From: Longimicrobiales bacterium
GTDB taxonomy: Bacteria; Gemmatimonadota; Gemmatimonadetes; Longimicrobiales; Gaopeijiaceae
DNA length: 64,000 nucleotides
Assembly: GCA_041690395.1 (NCBI GenBank)
Contig: JAWLHJ010000006.1
Span: forward strand, 262,530 to 326,529
Direction of reading: 5' to 3'
The position numbers and the translations under genes are program-made. Shown here piece after piece: positions 10,216 to 17,687 of this stretch (position 1 is the first letter of the stretch; the number at the start of each line of letters is the position of its first letter). The notes beneath the pieces were generated by a model. That model did no database searches, was not told where the DNA came from, and saw only the letters and a program-made list of their open reading frames with translations.

Positions 10216-12729
10216 TCAGCCCACCAACGCCGCCAGCTTCTCCAGCGCCGCCATGAGGTCGGGCTCCTCCTCGAGGACCGGGGCCATCGGGTCGCCGCCG
10301 AGCCGTTCCATGCGCTCCGGCACGGTCCGGATCGTGTAGTCGCCGAGCGCGAGCCCGGGCCGGACCTCGTCCCAGTCAAGGGGCGCCGAGACCGGAGCGC
10401 CCGGGAGCGGCCGGACCGTGAACGGCGCCGCGATCAGTCGCCCATGCCCGTTCTGGACGAAGTCGAGATATACCTTCCCCTCACGACGCCCGGGCGCCCG
10501 GGTGAGCGTCGCGATATCCGGCCGCCGCGTGGCGACGACCCGGCCCAGCAGCTCCGCCAGCGTGCGCGACTGGTCGTGATCGAGTCGCCCCGCGAGCGGT
10601 AGCAGCACGTGCATCCCGGACGACCCGCTGGTCTTCGGGTACGACGGAAGCCCGATCTCGTCGCACAGCGCACGCAGCTCGAGCGCCACGGCGACGACGT
10701 CATCCAACGGCGCCTCCTTCGGATCGAGGTCCAGGACGCACCAGTCCGGGCGGTCGAGACTACCCGCCCGGGACGACCACACGTGGATCGGGATGGTCCC
10801 CAGGTTCACGACGTACAGGAGCGCGTCGACGTCGTCGGCCACGAAGTACGACAACTCCCGCTCGGATCCTTCGCTCCAGACCGTGACCGTGCGGATCCAG
10901 TCGGGCGCGTGCGGAGGCGCGTCCTTCTGGAAGAACGACTTACCGTCGATCCCGTCGGGGTAGCGGGTCATGACGAGCGGGCGGTCCCGGAGGTACGTGA
11001 GCATCCAGGGCGCAACGAGGCGATGGTACTCGATGAGGTCGCCCTTGGTGTAGCCCTCGGCCGGCCAGAACACCTTGTCCAGGTTGGTGAACCGGGGGCC
11101 GTCCTCGGCGGGAGGAAGCGGGGGCGGAAGTTCGACGTCGGGAACGTCGTCCCGGCACTCGTCGGGCGTCTTGTCGTCACGCAAGCGGTTGAACACGGGA
11201 TGCCGGAGCAGCCCCTGCTCGGTCCGCTCCTTGAAGCGGACCTCCACGACCAGCTCGGGCCGGGCCCAGTGGTGCTTCGGACCCTGAGGGACCGGTCCGT
11301 CCGCACACGGCGACGCCTCGACCTCCGCCCCCTCAAGCACTCCACCGATGTCGGCCAGGTCGCGCTGGCTGAAGCCGCTCCCCACGCTCCCCGCGTAGCG
11401 GAGGTCCTCGCCCTCCCACCGTGCGACGTGGAGCGCCCCGAAGCCGCCGCGGCTTCCCTCGCCCTCGGTCCACCCGACCACCACGAAATCCTCCACGCGC
11501 TCACGTCGGACCTTGACCCAGCTCCGGCTCCGCCCACCCCGGTACGCCGACGTCCCGTCCTTCGCGACGATCCCCTCCAGGTCCATCCGCTCGACGCCGG
11601 CGAACATCGCCTCGCCCTCCCGCTCCACGTGCTCCGAGTACCGCACCGGGCCCACCGTCGGGAGCAGCTCCTGCAGGATCGCCTTGCGCTCGGTCAGGGG
11701 AAGGGCACGCAGATCGTACCCTTCGACCGCCAGGATATCGAACGCGTAGAATGTGGCGGGCAGCGTCCAGGACGCCCGGAGCGCATCGAGTGGTCGCGCG
11801 ATGCGGCCGCGCTTCTGGAGCAGACCGAACGACGGCTTCCCGTCCGGGCCGTGCACGACGACCTCGCCGTCCACGACGAGTCCCTGGTACGGCAGTCCGC
11901 GGACGGCACGGGCCACGTCGGGGAAGGCCGCGGTGAGGTCGTTCCCGTTCCGCGAGAGAAGCTCCGCGATTCCGTCGGCCCGTCCCGCGAGAAGTCGGTA
12001 CCCGTCGTACTTGAGCTCGAACAGCCAGCCGTCACGTGAGAACGGGCGGTCCTCGGCAGTTGCGAGCATCGGCCGCACGTCCCGCACGGACACCGGTCGC
12101 CGGCGCGCTCCGGCCTCCTCGAGCCGCGCACGCAACGCCTCGGCACGACGCTCGATCTCCGGGAATTCCTCGACGGTGAGCCCCGAGTAGATCGAGTCGT
12201 CCGGGTAGGACTCGGTCGAGCCGTCGGGGTCCTCGTACGCGTCCCGCTCCTTGATGAGAAGCCAGGAGCGCTCGTCCTGCTTCGTCTTCACGAGCGTCCA
12301 CAGACCCTTCAGCTTGTGGCCGTGGAGCTCGAAAAGGAGCTTGCCCTTCTCGAGACCCTTCCCGAGATCCTCCTTCGGGACCCAGACACCCCGGTCCCAG
12401 ACGATCATCGCGCCCGCACCGTATTCACCATGGGGAATGACGCCCTCGAACTCGGCGTACTCGAGCGGATGGTCCTCTGTGCGCACCGCCAGCCGCTTGT
12501 CCGCCTGCGAGGGCGACGGCCCCTTCGGCACTGCCCAGGAGAGTAGTACGCCCTCGTGCTCCAGGCGCAGATCCCAATGGAGCTGTCGCGCCGCATGGTG
12601 CTGGACCACGAAGGCCCTTCCCCCCGAAAGGACCTCGCCTCCGAACGGCTCGGGCGTGCGCATCGGATCGCGCTTCGCGCGATAGTCGGCGAGGCGGGTG
12701 TCCGGATCGGTGGGCGGTCGGGGCGACAT
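10216..12729 (-). CDS. ligD: DNA ligase D (phosphoesterase-ligase-polymerase, NHEJ)
   Basis: PE domain 'FVVQHHAARQLHWDLRLE..SWAVPKG..EDHPLEY'; ligase 'ELKYDGYR', 'EGIVAK', 'WVKV'; primase/polymerase 'RYPDG', 'VLDLDP', 'KTSGSSGMH'; start placed at ATG 12729 (MSPRPP). Confidence 0.93.
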   Translation of the reverse strand: MSPRPPTDPDTRLADYRAKRDPMRTPEPFGGEVLSGGRAFVVQHHAARQLHWDLRLEHEGVLLSWAVPKGPSPSQADKRLAVRTEDHPLEYAEFEGVIPHGEYGAGAMIVWDRGVWVPKEDLGKGLEKGKLLFELHGHKLKGLWTLVKTKQDERSWLLIKERDAYEDPDGSTESYPDDSIYSGLTVEEFPEIERRAEALRARLEEAGARRRPVSVRDVRPMLATAEDRPFSRDGWLFELKYDGYRLLAGRADGIAELLSRNGNDLTAAFPDVARAVRGLPYQGLVVDGEVVVHGPDGKPSFGLLQKRGRIARPLDALRASWTLPATFYAFDILAVEGYDLRALPLTERKAILQELLPTVGPVRYSEHVEREGEAMFAGVERMDLEGIVAKDGTSAYRGGRSRSWVKVRRERVEDFVVVGWTEGEGSRGGFGALHVARWEGEDLRYAGSVGSGFSQRDLADIGGVLEGAEVEASPCADGPVPQGPKHHWARPELVVEVRFKERTEQGLLRHPVFNRLRDDKTPDECRDDVPDVELPPPLPPAEDGPRFTNLDKVFWPAEGYTKGDLIEYHRLVAPWMLTYLRDRPLVMTRYPDGIDGKSFFQKDAPPHAPDWIRTVTVWSEGSERELSYFVADDVDALLYVVNLGTIPIHVWSSRAGSLDRPDWCVLDLDPKEAPLDDVVAVALELRALCDEIGLPSYPKTSGSSGMHVLLPLAGRLDHDQSRTLAELLGRVVATRRPDIATLTRAPGRREGKVYLDFVQNGHGRLIAAPFTVRPLPGAPVSAPLDWDEVRPGLALGDYTIRTVPERMERLGGDPMAPVLEEEPDLMAALEKLAALVG

Positions 12730-12881
12730 GTCGGCCAACTTACCCCTTACGGGCGGGAACGCATCCTCCGACCCGGTGCGCCGCGATGTTCCCGGCTTGA
12801 CCGGCGGGCGCATGCGCCGAATCCTCGGAGCACCCACGACCTCCTCCGACGCCCGACATCCTCCCACCCCGCGACATCCCG

Positions 12882-13742
12882 ATGCCTCCCGAGCACAGGA
12901 ACCGTGAGTTGACCGCCGCCGGCGCGCCGGGCTCGCTCAGAGCCCGCACGTTCCAGGTCATCTTCGAACACGACACCGTGGGCGGCCGAGCCTTCGACGT
13001 TCTGCTCTTCCTCGCCATCCTCGCCAGCGTGCTCGCCGTCATGCTGGAGTCCGTCGCGGGCGTTCGCGACGACCACGGCGAGGCCCTGCTCGCGGCGGAG
13101 TGGGTCTTCACGGTGATCTTCACGCTCGAGTACGCCCTGCGCCTATGGTGTGTCCGCCAGCCCCGAACGTATGCGCGCAGCTTCTTCGGCGTCATCGACC
13201 TGTTGGCCGTGCTCCCCACCTACGTGAGCCTGGTCGCCCCGGGCGGCCAGGTGCTCATGGCGGTCCGGATCCTCAGGGTCATGCGCATCTTCCGGGTCCT
13301 GAAGCTCACCCGCTACGTCGGCGAGGCGAGCCTGCTAGGAGACGCGCTGCGGGCGTCTCGCTTCAAGATCTCGGTGTTCCTCCTGGGGGTGCTCAGCACC
13401 GTGGTCGTGGTCGGCTCGGTCATGTACCTGATCGAGGGGCCGGAGTCCGGCTTCACGAGCATCCCGAAAGGCGTGTACTGGGGGATCGTCACCCTGACGA
13501 CGGTCGGCTTCGGGGACATCGCACCGGTGACGCCGCTCGGACAGGCGCTGGCCGCCGTCGTCATGATCATGGGATACGGGATCATCGCGGTGCCCACCGG
13601 CATCGTGACCGCGGAGCTCACCCGACTCCCGCGGGGAGAGGAAGCCGTCGGGGTGGTCTGTTCGACCTGCGGAACGCGGGAGACGGACCCGAAGGCACGC
13701 TTCTGCCGGCGGTGCGGGGACGGCCTCGATACTGCGGGATAG
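12882..13742 (+). CDS. Voltage-gated-type potassium channel (ion transporter) with C-terminal zinc ribbon
   Basis: S4 'RILRVMRIFRVLK'; selectivity filter 'TLTTVGFGD'; C-terminal CxxC...CxxC (CSTC, CRRC). Confidence 0.9.
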   Translation: MPPEHRNRELTAAGAPGSLRARTFQVIFEHDTVGGRAFDVLLFLAILASVLAVMLESVAGVRDDHGEALLAAEWVFTVIFTLEYALRLWCVRQPRTYARSFFGVIDLLAVLPTYVSLVAPGGQVLMAVRILRVMRIFRVLKLTRYVGEASLLGDALRASRFKISVFLLGVLSTVVVVGSVMYLIEGPESGFTSIPKGVYWGIVTLTTVGFGDIAPVTPLGQALAAVVMIMGYGIIAVPTGIVTAELTRLPRGEEAVGVVCSTCGTRETDPKARFCRRCGDGLDTAG

Positions 13743-13767
13743 AACAGTGCGCCGGCGCATTTTTCTG

Positions 13768-13797
13768 TTGCATCCGCCGGAAGCGCCGCCATATGTT
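13768..13797 (+). promoter_or_regulatory. Candidate sigma70-like promoter of ku (nearly leaderless)
   Basis: TTGCAT (13768-73), 18 bp, TATGTT (13792-97); ku ATG 8 nt downstream with no well-spaced SD. Confidence 0.35.
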
Positions 13798-13805
13798 TCC
13801 GGACC

Positions 13806-14672
13806 ATGACCGCACGCGCCATCGCATCGTCGACCATAAGCTTCGGGCTCGTCTCGCTCCCGGTGAAGCTCTACTCCACCGCCGAGTCGGGCCGCCGCAT
13901 ATCCTTCAACATGATCTGGAAGGAGCGGGGGGTCCGTGTACGCCAGCAGTACATCGACCCGGCGGACGGAGCCGTCGTCCCCAAGGACGAGATCGTGAAG
14001 GGCTACGAGTTCGCCAAGGACCAGTACGTCCTGTTCAGCGACGAGGAGCTCAAGGTCGTCGAGGCGCCCAAGTCGGACGAGATCGAGATCGTTCGGTTCA
14101 TCCCGGAGGGCTCGGTCGGCAGGCTGTACTTCAACAAGGCCTACTATCTCGGTCCCGACAAGGGAGGCGCCCGGGCCTACCGTCTGCTGGCCGCGGCGCT
14201 CGAGGAGACCGGTCGGGTCGCCCTCGCCAAGCACGCCACGCGGGGTAAGCAATACCTCGTCGTGGTCCGACCCCACGAGGGAGGACTGCTCCTCGAGCAG
14301 CTCTACTACGCCGACGAGATCCGTCCCTTCTCCGAGGTCCCGCTCGAGGACGGCGAGGTGAACGCCGCGGAGCTCGAGCTCGCCACGAAGCTGATCGAGC
14401 AGGCCGCGGCCGACGAGTTCGAGCCCAGCGAGTTCGAGGACGAGGTCCGGGAGCGGATGCTCGAGCTGATCGAGCAGAAGGTGGCCGGCCAGGAGATCAC
14501 GGCGGCGCCCGCGGCCGAGCCGAAGACGCAGATCATCGACCTCATGGCGGCGCTGAAGGCGTCCATCAAGGAGTCCGATGGCGAGCGGAAGCCTGCGGCC
14601 CGGGCCGGCAAGAAGGGGGATTCCGGAGCGGGGAAGAAGACGACGAAGCGGAAGAAGGCTTCGTCGGGCTGA
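13806..14672 (+). CDS. ku: Ku protein (NHEJ end-binding)
   Basis: 'ISFGLVSLPVKLY', 'IVKGYEF.KDQYV', 'AYYLGP', 'IIDLMAALKAS', Lys-rich tail. Confidence 0.95.
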   Translation: MTARAIASSTISFGLVSLPVKLYSTAESGRRISFNMIWKERGVRVRQQYIDPADGAVVPKDEIVKGYEFAKDQYVLFSDEELKVVEAPKSDEIEIVRFIPEGSVGRLYFNKAYYLGPDKGGARAYRLLAAALEETGRVALAKHATRGKQYLVVVRPHEGGLLLEQLYYADEIRPFSEVPLEDGEVNAAELELATKLIEQAAADEFEPSEFEDEVRERMLELIEQKVAGQEITAAPAAEPKTQIIDLMAALKASIKESDGERKPAARAGKKGDSGAGKKTTKRKKASSG

Positions 14673-14697
14673 CGTCGCGCGCCGCGCCCGTCGTCCC

Positions 14698-15534
14698 GTG
14701 AGAGGATACACCACCCGCGAGGTCTCCGAGATCCTGGAGCTGCCCGCGTCCCGCATCCGTGACTGGACGCACCGTGGGCTGCTCGAGCCCGAGCGCGGAC
14801 CGAGAGGCGCATATCTGTTCTCCTTCCAGGACGTGGTGCTGCTTCGGGCCGCACGTGAGCTCCTCGACCAGCGCGTCTCGACCCGCCGGGTACGTATGGC
14901 GCTGGAGGCGCTTCGTGAGCAGCTCCCGGAAGGACGTCCGCTGAGCGGCGTCCGGATCGCGGCATTCGGCGACCGGGTGGTCGTCCACGACGCCGATACC
15001 GTGTGGGAGCCCGCCTCCGGACAGCTGACCCTGGACTTCGCGGTCTCGGAGGTGGTGACCCGGGCGGAGCCGATCGTGCGGCGCGGCCTGGACCGGCCCG
15101 GCGCCCCTTCGAGCCCGACCGCCGACGACTGGTACGACACCGGGCTCGACCTGGAAGCCGTGTCGCCCGAGGAGGCCGTGGCCGCCTACCGGCGGGCTCT
15201 CGACATCGATGCGACCCACGCGGAGGCTCATTTGAACCTGGGACGACTTCTTCACGAAGCCGGAGAGACGTCCGAGGCGCTGAGGCACTACCGGCTCGCC
15301 GCGGACGCGAGCCCGCCCGACGCTCGCGCTCGCTACAACGCCGGCGTCGCGCTGGAGGACCTGGGGCGACCGAAGGAAGCCGTCGACGCCTACCTGGCGG
15401 CCATCGAGCTCGACCCGGCGCTCGCCCCGGCGCACTTCAACCTCTCCCGCCTCCACGAGTCCGAGGGGCGCAAGGCCGAGGCGCTCGAGCACCTCGTGGC
15501 ATACAAGCGGCTCCGCGACGCGGGCGCGGGCTGA
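14698..15534 (+). CDS. MerR-like HTH plus tetratricopeptide-repeat protein
   Basis: GTG 14698; 'YTTREVSEILELPASRIRDWTHRGLLEP...YLFSFQDVVLLR' winged HTH; TPRs 'AHLNLGRLL', 'ARYNAGVALEDLG', 'AHFNLSRL'. Confidence 0.85.
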   Translation: MRGYTTREVSEILELPASRIRDWTHRGLLEPERGPRGAYLFSFQDVVLLRAARELLDQRVSTRRVRMALEALREQLPEGRPLSGVRIAAFGDRVVVHDADTVWEPASGQLTLDFAVSEVVTRAEPIVRRGLDRPGAPSSPTADDWYDTGLDLEAVSPEEAVAAYRRALDIDATHAEAHLNLGRLLHEAGETSEALRHYRLAADASPPDARARYNAGVALEDLGRPKEAVDAYLAAIELDPALAPAHFNLSRLHESEGRKAEALEHLVAYKRLRDAGAG

Positions 15535-15567
15535 CGGCGCAGGCGGGCCCCACCCGGGCGGGCGACG

Positions 15568-17073
15568 TCAGCTCCTCCCCGCCAGGCGCTTCACCCACGG
15601 GCTCGCCACCAGCCCCACGATGCCGACCGCGCCCGTGATGAGCGCCACCGTGCGGAACAGCTCGAACGGCATCAGCGTCTCGAGGCGGCCCGCGACCAGC
15701 CCGGCGAACAGGTTTCCGAGCGCCGTACCGACGAACCAGATCCCCATCATCTGGCCGACGCGGCGAGCCGGCGACAGCTTCGTGACCGCCGACAGCCCGA
15801 TCGGCGAGATCGCCAGCTCTCCGACCGTGTGGAAGAAGTAGGTCACCACCAGCCAGGCAGGCGAGACCGGACTGTCAGGCGAGGCGTTGGCCGCGCCCCA
15901 CGAGAGCACGAAGAAGCCGACCCCCAGGCTCAGCAGACCGAGACCGGCCTTCGCCGGAATCGACGGGTCCGCTTCGCGCTTCTCCAGCCACACCCAGAGC
16001 GACCCGATGATCGGCGCCAGGATGATGATGAACAGCGGGTTGATGGACTGCAGGGTCGAGGCCGGGACCTCCATGCCGAAGACCGTGCGATCGGTCAGGT
16101 CCCGTGCGAACAGGTTGAGCGAGGTGCCGGCCTGCTCGAAGCCCGACCAGAACACCGCGACCAGCAGGAACAGCCAGAAGATCACCGCCATCCGCTTGTT
16201 CTCGTCGGGGGTGTGCCCACCCATCGTCCACACGTAGACGAAGTAGAGCGCCACGAGAAGCAGCACGCCGTAACCCAGCCCCGAGGCGATCTGCGTCAGC
16301 GTGAACGGGAGCACCCCGCTCCACACCAGGTATCCGAAGGCCGCCGCTCCGAGGACGAGGGCGCCGAACCCTCCGAAGAATCGGCGGGAAAGCCGGGCCC
16401 GCAGCTCGGGAGCGTCCGCCGAGCGCAGCAGACCCGCATCACCCAGATATCCTGCTCCGAGCCGGTACTGCACGAGACCCAGCACCATGCCGACCCCGGC
16501 CGCGGCGAAGCCCCAGTGCCACTGGTACCCCTCGCCCAGGTACCCCGTGACGAGCGGGCCGAGGAATGCGCCGAGGTTGATCCCCATGTAGAACACGGAG
16601 AAGCCCGCGTCCCGCCGTGCGCCCCCTTCCGGGTAGAGCTCTCCGACGATGCTGCTCACGTTCGGCTTCAGGAGCCCCGTCCCGCAGATGACGAAGAAGA
16701 GCCCCAGGAAGAAGAAGAACATCCCGGGCACGGCCATCGTGAAGTGCCCGGCCGCGATGATCCAGCCGCCGACCCAGATCGCCTTGCGCTGCCCCCACAG
16801 GTTGTCCGCGATCCAGCCACCGGGAAGCGCCAGGATGTAGACGAGGCTCGTGTACAGGCCGTAGATCGCGCCGGCGGTCGCCACGTCCAGGCCCAGCCCG
16901 GGGTTCGCGCCGACCGTCGCCGTGGTCATGAAGAGCGTGAGCAGCGCGCGCATCCCGTAGTACGAGAAGCGCTCCCACATCTCCGTGAAGAAGAGGGTCG
17001 CGAGGCCGCGAGGGTGGCCGAGGAAGGACCTCGGGTTCGAGGGCGGACCCGGCGGGACGTCTGTCATGGTCAC
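15568..17073 (-). CDS. Proton-dependent oligopeptide transporter (POT/PTR, MFS)
   Basis: 'GHPRGL..LFFTEMWERFSYYGMR' (ExxER motif), 'GLLKPN', 'FYMGINLG', 'QSINP'. Confidence 0.95.
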   Translation of the reverse strand: MTMTDVPPGPPSNPRSFLGHPRGLATLFFTEMWERFSYYGMRALLTLFMTTATVGANPGLGLDVATAGAIYGLYTSLVYILALPGGWIADNLWGQRKAIWVGGWIIAAGHFTMAVPGMFFFFLGLFFVICGTGLLKPNVSSIVGELYPEGGARRDAGFSVFYMGINLGAFLGPLVTGYLGEGYQWHWGFAAAGVGMVLGLVQYRLGAGYLGDAGLLRSADAPELRARLSRRFFGGFGALVLGAAAFGYLVWSGVLPFTLTQIASGLGYGVLLLVALYFVYVWTMGGHTPDENKRMAVIFWLFLLVAVFWSGFEQAGTSLNLFARDLTDRTVFGMEVPASTLQSINPLFIIILAPIIGSLWVWLEKREADPSIPAKAGLGLLSLGVGFFVLSWGAANASPDSPVSPAWLVVTYFFHTVGELAISPIGLSAVTKLSPARRVGQMMGIWFVGTALGNLFAGLVAGRLETLMPFELFRTVALITGAVGIVGLVASPWVKRLAGRS

Positions 17074-17227
17074 GAGGCCTCTCCGTGCGAGTCACCCTCC
17101 ATGAAAACGCCGGCAACATACCGAGCGGAACAGGTCGGCGCCAACCGCCTCCCTCGTCCCCTTCAGGCCTTCGGGCGATGGCCTCGTCCGGAACGTGCCC
17201 CGGGCCCAGGAGGCGCGCCCCACACTT

Positions 17228-17282
17228 CTTCTCTTGCTTACCGAGGGAAGGATGCCCACCTTCTCTCGGTAACCGACAGTTG
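17228..17282. promoter_or_regulatory. Two candidate PadR operators
   Basis: CTTCTCTTG-N5-CGAGGGAAG (17228-50, imperfect palindrome) and CTTCTCTCG-N5-CGACAGTTG (17260-82); 14/17 identity over the first 17 nt, 32 bp apart. Confidence 0.5.
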
Positions 17283-17338
17283 GCGGGGAGCCCCCGCCCA
17301 CGAACGGCTCGATCACGACGCGAAGGAAGGGCAGGAGT

Positions 17339-17671
17339 ATGCCGGGTCCCGGGGACGACATGATTCGTGGCACCCTCGACATGCTGATCCTGAAGGTGCT
17401 CTCGCAGGAGCCGATGCACGGGTGGGGGATCGGCGAGCGCATCCAGCGGATCTCCGAGGACGCGCTCCAGGTGAACCAGGGATCACTGTATGCGTCTCTG
17501 CACAGACTGACCCGCGAGGGGTGGATCGAGTCGACGTGGGGCCGCACCGAGAACAATCGGCGGGCCCGGTACTACCGGCTCACCGCCGCCGGGGAACGAC
17601 GGCTGGGCACCGAGCGGGCCGAGTGGGAGCGCCTGTCCGCCGGGGTGGACCGCATTCTGGGATGGACGTGA
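17339..17671 (+). CDS. PadR family transcriptional regulator (type associated with ADOP permeases)
   Basis: 'GTLDMLILKVL..EPMHGWGI', 'QGSLY..LHRL', 'WGRTENNRRARYYRLT..G'. Confidence 0.93.
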   Translation: MPGPGDDMIRGTLDMLILKVLSQEPMHGWGIGERIQRISEDALQVNQGSLYASLHRLTREGWIESTWGRTENNRRARYYRLTAAGERRLGTERAEWERLSAGVDRILGWT

Positions 17672-17687
17672 CGACGGGGAGGGACGT

